DNA of 63,306 bases, counting the filler. It is 9 parts of 9 records of this genome, joined end to end, with 100 filler letters (N's around TTAATTAATTAA, not from the genome) between each part and the next. Parts side by side here need not be neighbours in the genome. Positions count along the whole stretch, not along the records: positions 44,019 to 54,268 come from SRR31147125_90899; positions 54,369 to 63,306 come from SRR31147125_91169; 7 more parts are not named here. The stretch is one strand, 5' to 3'. Positions 54,107 through 63,306 of this stretch are shown here, piece after piece. The stretch's first letter is position 1. The number at the start of each line of letters is the position of its first letter. A program made the position numbers and the translations under genes. Under the pieces are notes generated by a model. It did not search any database. It was not told the origin of the DNA and saw only the letters and a program-made list of their open reading frames with translations.

Positions 54107-54368
54107 CTCCTTTTCAGGCTTGTAGGCAGGTAGACAGACAATAATCGCTTCATTGTCTTATCATAGCTGTCAAATGTGACTAATAAAGTAATGTTAAGGT
54201 CTTAAGCATACTATAGGGCCAATATCATCGCCGGCATATCGGGTCACGAAATTCAAAAAATCATTTCCNNNNNNNNNNNNNNNNNNNNNNNNNNNNNNNN
54301 NNNNNNNNNNNNTTAATTAATTAANNNNNNNNNNNNNNNNNNNNNNNNNNNNNNNNNNNNNNNNNNNN

Positions 54369-55178
54369 GAAATTTTTATCTGTTGCACTGTATTTATTCG
54401 GGACGTATTCAAAAATATATTTATACGCATTCTCAAGAGACTCCGGAAGTATACCGCCCTCTCCGGAACTCATGGCCGTTTTTACTTTTGCGCTGCCTTT
54501 GGCTAATGAAATTTTTGCCTCTTTGGACAGTGCCCCAAAAGACATGTGAGAAACAATAAGCGGTGTTTCAAGGACCAAAGGATATTTCGCCGATGGGCCT
54601 AACACTGTTTTTGTTTGAACCGGCTGACTTTTGTTCAACGGTAATTTAAAAAGCTGGGCACCCTTAAACAGTATATCATCCCATGAGGTGGTTTCGACCT
54701 GAGTCCGCATGGGGCCGGATTGCGATTTTCCGCTAATGGACATTTTGTGGATATCAGTCATGTGGGATTCAAAATCGTCTGATGGGCGCTGCCACTCAGA
54801 TAGATAATCTAAGTCAACATCCACATGGTCTGATCTTGATTGGCTCTGTTTTTGTTGAACTTCCGAAATGGTTTTAAAATTGTTTTTTCCTGAACCGCAG
54901 ACAGGACAGGGCCAGTTATCAGAAAGATCTATCCAGGCATGGTTTTCTTTTTCCTCATCATAAACAAAAGAACAAAGTCCACATTCATACTGGAAGATTT
55001 TAGTGGGCTCTATTTCTTTTCGTTCAACAGGTTGCTTTTGGGTTTTCGTAGAGGTGAATGAGGTTTTAGGAGACCCACAAATTGGACACGCCCAATCCAT
55101 GGAAAGGTCATTCCATTTAACGGATTCTTTTGCTTCATCGTAAGTGTGCGTACAGAGATTACATTGCCATGAACTCAT
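54369..55178 (-). CDS. Glutamate-synthase (FMN-binding)-related protein with two N-terminal rubredoxin domains; 3'-truncated
   Basis: CNLC..CPIC and CGLC..CPVC, then SHMSFGALSKEAK and SGEGG. Confidence 0.85.
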
Positions 55179-55682
55179 TTTTTAGCCTCCTTAATTGACC
55201 GGCAGCTTTCTTGAAAAGTGTTTTCGTATATTTTAAGGAATGATTCTTCAGTCTTAGGTGCTGTTTCGCTAACCCAACTCAACAATAGATGCCGAAATTC
55301 TTTATCCCTGTCAAGGATCACCCTCCAGAAAATTGAAATTCAGGAATAATGAGCTACACTGCGACGTTTCTATGAGCGTAAAACCAATATTTGGACTATG
55401 AGCCCTCTGAATTTCGCATGATTTCCAGTGGACTCAATTGATCTGGTATTCCTGGGTGGAAATTTATAACCAAAAAATCAAGGCTAAACCAATAGTCGTC
55501 CACACCCTTCTCATAGAGAAAGGAAAAAGCTGCTTTCCTTCATAGAAGGGTGTATCTAACTTGTTCTGACTTTGTTAAACAGCTCACCATGATCCTTTAC
55601 AATGATCTGGCGTGACAGTTTGGGCAACTTTATCAGAATGTTTTCATCTTCGATATCGATCTTTTTGACCTTAATAAGGCAA

Positions 55683-56813
55683 TTATATGGATAGTGCATT
55701 TTTAATGTCACTTATTAAATCGTCACTGTTTTCAATACCGACAGACAAGCGAAGCAGATTATCTGTAATTCCTTGACGGGTTCTGACCTCTTTGGAAACC
55801 TTTGCATGAGATGTCCGGGCCGGATCACAAATTGTTGTTTCAACTCCGCCTAAACTTACCGCCGGAATAACGAGCTTCAATCTTTTCATAAAGGCATCTG
55901 CGGTCAGGTGTGATTCCTCTAATTCAAAAGAAAGCATGGCACCAAACCCTGTCATTTGTTCCGTGGCGATCAGATGGCCTGGATGATCAGGTAACCCAGG
56001 GTAATAAATATTTTTTACCGCTGAATGATTCTGTAAAAATCGAGCTATTTTACCGGCATTATCAGATTGGTGTTTGACACGAACTGATAATGTTTTCAAA
56101 CTTCTTTCGAGAATATAACAGGTCAGGGGATTAAGATTTCCGCCAAAATTAGTTGCTGTTTTTCTAATCCGGCCACCCAGGTCCGGATTTGTTACCACAG
56201 CACCACAGGACAAATCACTATGCCCACCCAGATATTTTGTACCACTGTGAATAACAATATCAGCTCCTAATTTGGCTGGGTTTTGATAAACAGGTGTGGC
56301 AAAGGTGTTATCAATCACAGTAATGCACCGGTGGTGTGAAGCGATTTCAGCAACGCTTTGAATATTTACAATACTTAACAAGGGGTTGGTTGGCGATTCG
56401 ATATATATTATTTGGGTTTCAGGTCTTATGGCTGCTTCAATAGCCTCGGGATCTGTTGCAACAAAGGAATAGGAAATACCGAACCGGTCAAGAAACAATT
56501 CAACAAAGGCATGACTGCCGCCATATATTTCATCTTGTAAAACAATATGGTCACCCGCTTTTAAAAAAGAAAGCAGTGTGGTGCTGATAGCCGCCATGCC
56601 TGAGGAGAAAAGAATGCTGTCTTCTGCCCCCTCCAAGTCAGCAAGTTTTTGTTCAATCACGTTTTGATTAACGGTATTAAAATATCTTGGATATGCTATA
56701 TTCTCCGCATCCAAATATTCATGGGATGTTGAAGGGAAAACAGGCGTATTAATACCTCTTGTTATTGTATCCGTACCGCCGCCGGTATGAACGCATTTTG
56801 TCTCTTTTTCCAT
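55683..56813 (-). CDS. Cys/Met-metabolism PLP enzyme (cystathionine beta/gamma-lyase family)
   Basis: SSGMAA, ESPTNP, DNTFATP, HSGTKYLGGHSD, SLGGVE, LRLSVGIE. Confidence 0.92.
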   Translation of the reverse strand: MEKETKCVHTGGGTDTITRGINTPVFPSTSHEYLDAENIAYPRYFNTVNQNVIEQKLADLEGAEDSILFSSGMAAISTTLLSFLKAGDHIVLQDEIYGGSHAFVELFLDRFGISYSFVATDPEAIEAAIRPETQIIYIESPTNPLLSIVNIQSVAEIASHHRCITVIDNTFATPVYQNPAKLGADIVIHSGTKYLGGHSDLSCGAVVTNPDLGGRIRKTATNFGGNLNPLTCYILERSLKTLSVRVKHQSDNAGKIARFLQNHSAVKNIYYPGLPDHPGHLIATEQMTGFGAMLSFELEESHLTADAFMKRLKLVIPAVSLGGVETTICDPARTSHAKVSKEVRTRQGITDNLLRLSVGIENSDDLISDIKNALSI

Positions 56814-56850
56814 GGTTTTTCCTTTCGTGATCTATCCCTTATGCAGACCG

Positions 56851-58274
56851 CTACGCCTCCCCCTTGCGGCAAAGCCGACCGAGGGTTTGAATTGCATCTG
56901 CCACTTTGGAATTCCAGACACTGGCACTCAGTCTCATGCAGTTGTTGAATCTGTTTTGAAGTGAAAACAATCTGCCTGGTGCGATGAGAATATTACTGGC
57001 AAGTGCATGCTGATAAACCTGTTCTGTATCTATGTGTTCTGGCAGCTCTACCCACAATAGTGATCCTCCTGAAGGGTTTGTGACCCGAGTCGCTTTTGGA
57101 AAATGGCGCAGGATATCTTCCCTCATGAGTTCAACGCTTTTCTTTGTTTGTCCTCTGATTTTTCGCATGTGCCTCTCATAACCGCCTTTGGTCAAAAACC
57201 GGGCAACAGCAATCTGACTGAGAGATGAAGTTGAGATGTTTAACAACATTTTCATTTTAATGACCGATTCGTAATGCCGGCCGGGAGCAATCCAGCCGAT
57301 CCGCAATCCAGGTGAGATGGTTTTTGAAAATGAGGAACAGTAAATGACATTACCCGTTTTATCATAACTTTTAGAGGTGCTGGGACGCCGGTGGAAATAC
57401 AGGTCCCCGTATATATCATCTTCGATTAAGGGAATCTGGCTCTGCTCCAAAAGCCAGGCCATCTCCTTTTTTTCCACGAAGGCATGGAAAAACCACTCGG
57501 ATTATTAAAATTGGAAATGGAAAAAACTGCCTTAATCGGGTGGTTTTCAATCACAAATTTTAAGGTGTCTAAAGAGAGTCCCTCTTCAGGAGTGCTTGGA
57601 ATTTCAACTACCTTTAAATGCAGCCTCTGCAACAGTTGGAGCAGATTAAAGTACATGGGGCTTTCCAGTGCTACGGTATCCCCGGGGTTGCACAATGTCA
57701 TCAACGACAGAAAAATGGCCTCCTGGCACCCGTTGGTGATAATAATTTCGTCAGGAGAAAGGGAAAGCCCGGCAGAGAGCCCCAATCGAGCAATTTGTTC
57801 CCTCAGCATCGGGTACCCCGGCGGCAGAAGATAGTCTGCTGCCAATAGATCACTGCTGTATGCGGCCTCCATCATATACCGGCCAAAACGCTTTTTCGGC
57901 CATACTTCAGGGTTAATTCCGGAAATGGCAAGGCTGGCAATGCTTTTGTCCGTTGCTTGTTCGTGAAACAAACCATAAATCTGGCAGAAAGAGATTTCCC
58001 GAGGATCCAACTGCTTTAAGTCCTGTACGGGTGGCTCGGCTTTATCATTGAAACGGCTTTTCACGTAATAGCCGGATTGGGGCACGGCCCTCAGGTAATT
58101 CCTGTCTTCCAACCGCCAATAGGCCTCTTTGACGGTGTTGATACTAACGGAAAGTTCATGACTTAATTGTCTGATCGAAGGAATTTTTTCACCCTCTTTT
58201 AAAGCACCGCAATGGATTAAGCTTACGATTTGTTCTGCCACTTGCTCGTATCGGAGAGTTCGCATGTTCACCAC
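56851..58274 (-). CDS. MocR/GntR-family PLP-dependent regulator; frameshift near 57470
   Basis: PSIRQLS..L.VSINTV HTH, ITNGCQEA, EDDIY, SFSKTISPGLRIGW. Break lies in an A run. Confidence 0.88.
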
Positions 58275-58386
58275 CCATCGTTCTATTTAAAAATCCAAAT
58301 AAACAATAAAGTGTAACTTATTTTTATATAAAATAAACTGGTTTTTAATATTAAGAAAGACACAGTTGGGGGTCAATAACAGGGGT

Positions 58387-58411
58387 ACAGATCAAAGAAA
58401 GACGGATCTGT
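58387..58411. promoter_or_regulatory. Probable MocR-type operator, ACAGATC-N11-GATCTGT
   Basis: Perfect 7-bp inverted repeat in the divergent intergenic region. Confidence 0.5.
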
Positions 58412-58555
58412 GCCTTAAATCTTTTGATCATCTGCAGCTTATAATATTGTTTTGAATTTTTTAAACTATCCTCAATGTTTGGAATTATATCATTTGTTTT
58501 ACCATGCTTTAGATGATGGTTAGATGAATTATTCGTAAACCTTGAGGAGGGCATC

Positions 58556-58896
58556 ATGAAATCAAACCTGATAAAGCTAAATTCCGAAAATGATGTTAAA
58601 TTGTCAAATAATCAGGCCATCTGCTTTTGTGCTGGAGACGTAAATATCATTTGTCTTTCGGGCGTCATCTGGGTCACGTGGGCCGGGGGCGAGAAAAATG
58701 CCTGACCCAAGGCGACGCTCTGGCTATTAAAAATCATTTCAAAATCTGCCTGCAAGCCTTTAACACTTCAAGGGTCAGGATCCTGAGAACCCCAACAAAA
58801 AATTTAGGAATGCGGCGGGGGGTGGTTGAATTAGCAGCCGGATTCGGCGGACTTGGAAATCGTGCTTTTTCGTTTTTGAGCTCAATCGCTCTGTAA
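58556..58896 (+). CDS. DUF2917-like small protein; frameshift in a G run near 58687
   Basis: RBS GAGGAGG; MKSNLIKL...IICLSGVIWVTW, continuing CLTQGDALAI in the next frame; divergent from MocR. Confidence 0.6.
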
Positions 58897-59083
58897 CCAT
58901 CTTTACCGGAGTCGGGGACCATCCCATAGCAAGGAGCACTTCACCTCTGACCCTTGATTTGATCTACCAAATTTTCGATTCAGGTCACCAGTAACAAAAG
59001 TAGCCAACGCCGCTTCCCTAATAGCTTGGGAGTCCTTAAATACCATGATTGCTCTCTTTTAAATTACTTTAAATATGATCCAA

Positions 59084-60199
59084 TTAATTATGATAAGTTA
59101 TTCCTTTTTTCATCAATGATCCAATTCGGGTTTCTGGATCATGAAACCGTTTGAAATAATGTGTTAGTGTCGTGACACTGAAAATCGTATTAATCATTGG
59201 AATTCGGATTAGCATCCAGAACAGCCAATAGGATAAAAATAAAGCCGGAACATAATAAAGGGCTTCAACCAGACTCATGAGCCAGTCGTTTTTATCCCCT
59301 AAAAATCCTCCTACAGCATGAGTGAATCCTTTTGTCAGGCTGGCGACCACAGGGACAGTCAGGATAAAGGAAAAAAGCAAGATCCAGGAATGCCCAGCTT
59401 CTACTGCCTTTTCCTTGCAATATCCCATACATCTCATACAGTTTTCGCAATGGTAGGTCCAAAAAGGGCGCTTCCGACCAAAGAAACTTTTCATTTCAAT
59501 GGCATGGTTTGGACATATTTTTTCACACACACCACAGGACGTACATTTGTTGTTGGCAAACATGATTTTGGCCATACTTGTTTTTGCATAAATCAGATAG
59601 AGTATGGGAAATAGCGGAATCAGCCAGAATAAAAGAATCGTCCAGATGCTTTCATACAGGTTATTCAGGGTAAACAACAACCGTTTGCCCATCACCACAC
59701 GAGACATGAACGCTGTCATCTTATTTTTGGATTTTTCACGGATACCAATTATTGCATCCTGAGTAAGGCTGGGATGAAAGTTGTTAAAATTGGATGCCAT
59801 ATCCAGACTGAAAAATCCCGTGATATTATACCCTTTGAGCAGCAAGACCAAAGCCGCAAAGAAGTTTGCAAAACCTGCAGCACCAGGTATTTTTACCGGT
59901 CCAAACCATATCGCACCCCGGGTGGCAATGCTCAGGATCTTTGCATTTTTTTGCCGGGGCATTTTGAATAAAAGTTTAATCATGGACCAGGGCGGCATAA
60001 ACCCATGGGTGGGGAACATGACCACATTTAATTGACGATCAGAATGTTCGAAATCTTTTTTCAGGTCGGCATGTTCGATGAATTTAAGCGTCGTTTTGAT
60101 CTCATTTTGCTTAAAATAGTCCTCTATCCAACGGGCCACCCGAAAGGTATTGCCGGTGCCGCTTAAAACGTAGATTAGTGAAGTATCGAATGGTTTCAT
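59084..60199 (-). CDS. EFR1-family ferredoxin (flavodoxin-like plus 2x[4Fe-4S])
   Basis: SGTGNT; CTSCGVCEKICP and CENCMRCMGYC. Confidence 0.88.
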   Translation of the reverse strand: MKPFDTSLIYVLSGTGNTFRVARWIEDYFKQNEIKTTLKFIEHADLKKDFEHSDRQLNVVMFPTHGFMPPWSMIKLLFKMPRQKNAKILSIATRGAIWFGPVKIPGAAGFANFFAALVLLLKGYNITGFFSLDMASNFNNFHPSLTQDAIIGIREKSKNKMTAFMSRVVMGKRLLFTLNNLYESIWTILLFWLIPLFPILYLIYAKTSMAKIMFANNKCTSCGVCEKICPNHAIEMKSFFGRKRPFWTYHCENCMRCMGYCKEKAVEAGHSWILLFSFILTVPVVASLTKGFTHAVGGFLGDKNDWLMSLVEALYYVPALFLSYWLFWMLIRIPMINTIFSVTTLTHYFKRFHDPETRIGSLMKKGITYHN

Positions 60200-60234
60200 T
60201 TTATGTCCATATCCGTATTTAAGTTAAAGTTGAA

Positions 60235-60942
60235 TTATAGCGTTTCTAATTGAATTTCTTTGCCTCGAACAAAAGTAATACCCAACCAGAAAGCCCATAC
60301 CGGAGCGAAGAGAAGATAAACTAACAGTCCGATAAGAGCGATGTTCTTAAACTCAAATACTTCTCCTACAAACGAAGCCAGTGTGAAAATGCCCAGAATG
60401 ATCGTTGCGAGACCTAATGCTTTGCGTTGTGATTTCATTGAAACCCCGATGCCAATCCACCAGATCCCAGCCAGAAAGAACTCGAGGTAGCCCCAGATTC
60501 CGCCGTACACCATTTCCGTTGAATTGGTGAAAACTATACGATAAATCTCCTTAATCGGTTCGTCGGCTTCAGCATAACCGGCGATCAATGTTGGCCAAAC
60601 CTTGGCTAATATCGCGGCACCAATAGAACCGCATAGAATATAAAGCAAACCACAAAAGGTATAAACAGTCATCCAATAAGGACTTTGAATCTTCAACCAG
60701 TGATGCAGCATAAAAATTGCCGGCACCAGCAATAAATAATATCCGAACATATCGGCCAGCCAAGACCATTTCATTAACTGACCGGCATCCTCACCGACTG
60801 TTATGAAAAGGTACATGTTAAAAGCTTCCTGCGAATTGTCACCCGAGGCAATTCCGTTTAATGCGAAATTGGTAAAGGCAAGCGGCATTGAAAAGATGGC
60901 CAGCCAGCCGACTATTCTTCTGAAAGAAGTTTGTTGTTCCAT
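60235..60942 (-). CDS. Multi-pass membrane protein (DUF4386-like)
   Basis: About six hydrophobic segments; RBS AAGGAG. Confidence 0.65.
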   Translation of the reverse strand: MEQQTSFRRIVGWLAIFSMPLAFTNFALNGIASGDNSQEAFNMYLFITVGEDAGQLMKWSWLADMFGYYLLLVPAIFMLHHWLKIQSPYWMTVYTFCGLLYILCGSIGAAILAKVWPTLIAGYAEADEPIKEIYRIVFTNSTEMVYGGIWGYLEFFLAGIWWIGIGVSMKSQRKALGLATIILGIFTLASFVGEVFEFKNIALIGLLVYLLFAPVWAFWLGITFVRGKEIQLETL

Positions 60943-61048
60943 GATGTCTCCTTTTGATTGATTCGTTAACAGACTCTCAAATATTAAATAAAGGTATTTA
61001 TTGTGTTCGTGTAAAATCTGATCAATAGGTAATTGGCTATAAATATAG

Positions 61049-62142
61049 CTATTGTACTAAAGCCCATGTCTCTTTATAACCAGGGGCAAAGTCTTGAAGC
61101 GATTGCATCAGTGTTTTTGTATCCACTACCTGAGGACCGGTAAATGCTCCTTTTTGATCTATACGCCCATCGATGAGTTGGTCGCATACCAATACTGGAA
61201 TAACCGCAGTCAAGTAATCTTCTGTCCCATGGATCTCCAGGATCCGCTGGGTCTGCTGACCATCCTTCGTCCCTTTTACAACAGCTTTTAAAATCATCTC
61301 CTGATGGCTATTCTTGCCTTTTCCTAAAAACTTTAAAAATTTTAAAAACCGGGTCGCTTTCTTTTCATTATTCGCCCACCCAAGCTTCATTCCGATAAAA
61401 AAGACCAATCCCTGTAGCAGGCTTTCCATTCCCGACCAATAGGCGATTTTCCCGATTTCCATTGAATCAGGTATTAAATGAAGATCGTGTGTGATCATGC
61501 CGGGTGAAAAAAACACCTTCTTGTTGAATGGCGCACCGATAGGTTCCTGAGTTCCGGTCTCTTGTGGTTTCTGCCACTGGTCGCCATTCCAAACCAATGG
61601 TGGAATATTCATCATATATTGGACACCCATTAAAGAGAGGGGGTTAAACCTTCCAGTTTCCCTCCCAATACAAAATAAAAATCTGCGGAGTTGATTTCCG
61701 TGAAAACCTCCTCGGCATCAGCTAATACGATGCCTGGAATACCCGGATAGGCGCCCAGGGCTGTAACCAGGGCAACCCCTTTTTCGCGGGCTAAAGGATT
61801 TAATTGCAGGATTCGTTTGCAGTATCCATTAAACGCAGAAACATCCAAATAGTGAACGTGTTTTTCAACGGCTGCTTCTGCCAGCGTCGTTGGACTCGTA
61901 TCTGAAGGCAAATAACAATTAATGACAATATCAATACCATACAATCCGTCTCGTATTGATTCTCTATCGTCCATATCAACGCGAACCCACTCGCAATTGA
62001 GCTGCTTTGCCAGGGCTTCAGCTTTTTCCTTATTCCTTCCACCGACAACGGGTACAATCCCTGATCTCTGGGCGAAAAGCTTTGCCATTTCTTTCCCAAC
62101 TGCACCATATCCACCGACTATCAGTATCCTTGTTTTTTTCAT
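61049..62142 (-). CDS. Saccharopine-dehydrogenase-like NAD(P)-binding oxidoreductase; frameshift near 61640
   Basis: IVGGYGAVG, GGRN, HYLD, GAYPG. A C-run indel joins the two ORFs. Confidence 0.8.
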
Positions 62143-62168
62143 GGGATTTTTCTCCTACAGTTTTATAC

Positions 62169-62831
62169 TTAAGTAACCAGACCTTTAACATGGGCTTTGA
62201 ATGCTTTTTTGATTTCACTTCTGCCCAACGGCCTGAATCCCAGCGCTTCATACAAAACAATACCGTCCATTTGAGTCATGATGGCATATGCGGTTGGAAG
62301 CAGATTGACCACTTTGAACTCTTGCCTCTCAATACCATACTTTAAAATCGCAATAACACCATCCAGATACTGCTGGTACATCTCTTGATAAATGGCCCCA
62401 AGTTTTTCGTTTTGTTTCATGCGTGAGTAAAAATGAATCAGCACGTTGGAGATCTGGTCTTCAGTTAAGTTGGTCATTGGTTGGATGTTCGCTTGCTGCC
62501 CTGAATCGTCGTCCAGTTGCTCAGGCGTTTGGGAGGCCATTTTTGGAAAGACAACAAGGTCAATCAACCCTTCCAGCAGTTTTAATGCGGAAGCCTCATT
62601 GTCAAATGCCTCAGCGGCTTTCGTGTTGTAAAATTCCAAAAACGATCGAAATGATTGAAGAATTAGATCTTCCTTGCCTTTAAAGTAATAACTTACAACT
62701 CCCTTGGAGATACCCGCCTTTTTTGCTATGGATTCAAGCGTCAAGCCTTCAAAGCCTGAAATAGAGATACACTTTAAAGTAGCATTAATCACTTGATTTC
62801 TTCGTATCGGTTCCATCCCAATTTTTGGCAT
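62169..62831 (-). CDS. BetI-like TetR-family regulator
   Basis: MPKIGMEPIRRNQVINAT...IAKKAGISKGVVSYYF. Confidence 0.9.
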   Translation of the reverse strand: MPKIGMEPIRRNQVINATLKCISISGFEGLTLESIAKKAGISKGVVSYYFKGKEDLILQSFRSFLEFYNTKAAEAFDNEASALKLLEGLIDLVVFPKMASQTPEQLDDDSGQQANIQPMTNLTEDQISNVLIHFYSRMKQNEKLGAIYQEMYQQYLDGVIAILKYGIERQEFKVVNLLPTAYAIMTQMDGIVLYEALGFRPLGRSEIKKAFKAHVKGLVT

Positions 62832-62850
62832 ATTTCCTCTCTTTGTTTAT

Positions 62851-63012
62851 TTATTCTGACTGGTCAAATTAAATGTAAATAAACGCTTTTGATTTGTCAA
62901 AAGAAAAATCGGAAATTAAATAAATATTTAATTTTATACAATAAACACAAAGGTATAAATATAAGTCATATGTCGCATGCAAGTAAATTTTTATTTTGAC
63001 CAATCAGATAAA
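62851..63012. promoter_or_regulatory. Two copies of a probable TetR operator (62851-62872 and 62991-63012)
   Basis: TTATTCTGACTGGTCAAATTAA (reverse complement TTAATTTGACCAGTCAGAATAA) matches TTATTTTGACCAATCAGATAAA. Confidence 0.6.
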
Positions 63013-63306
63013 TTAATTTATTTTCAGTTAAACCAGTGATCAAACCAGAGACTATGAGGGATAAGAATTTGCTTTAGTCAACCAAAGCATAAATCAAAAA
63101 AATATGGAAAAATAAGTCTATTAGCCATCGTTAATGGAGGGAAATTATCTGGTCACTATATGTGGTTACCTGATCAACCTTTGAAGGATTAAAAAATAAA
63201 ATACAAAAACTATATTTTAAGCTGCTGATGCTCAAGCATATCCAAAGCAAAAATCCTACTTGGGCGTTTTTGTAATAGTTAGGCGCATTATCATAAATAA
63301 ATCCCC

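Noticed and set aside
1-63306. CRISPR arrays, tRNA/rRNA genes, transposases or prophage genes
   Set aside because: No regularly spaced repeats, RNA gene signatures, or integrase/transposase motifs were seen by eye.

Overview
This window is not one genome. It holds nine unrelated contigs joined by 100-nt N spacers, each carrying a TTAATTAATTAA linker, and looks like a metagenome from an anoxic habitat; taxon labels are impressions from the proteins. (1) 1-5899: Desulfobacterota-like ferrosome (fez)-type cluster with two P1B ATPases and four small Gly/Ala-rich membrane proteins. (2) 6000-11023: intron-dense microbial eukaryote with a WDR62/MAPKBP1-like WD40 gene and enkurin. (3) 11124-17039: Bacteroidota housekeeping genes (pcrA/uvrD, DUF4290-like, murA, TlpA, grpE). 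(4) 17140-22774: defence-like island with a Ski2-like helicase, HigBA and an SF1 helicase-PLD-Zn ribbon fusion. (5) 22875-28683: RND efflux operon with an unusually long TolC. (6) 28784-37839: spc/alpha ribosomal operons. (7) 37940-43918: Clostridia-like cobalamin riboswitch-metE, a TetR/flavodoxin/FMN-binding operon and metK. (8) 44019-54268: Desulfuromonadales-like contig with a selenoprotein (Sec-rhodanese) operon truncated in the ORF track, a PurF lacking Cys1, and DmeF. (9) 54369-63306: Desulfobacteraceae-like amino-acid and redox genes. Many genes are split by single-base frameshifts, mostly in homopolymers, probably assembly errors. The strongest candidates for new biology are the fez-type cluster with low-complexity extensions, the Sec-rhodanese/thioredoxin/membrane operon and the helicase island.
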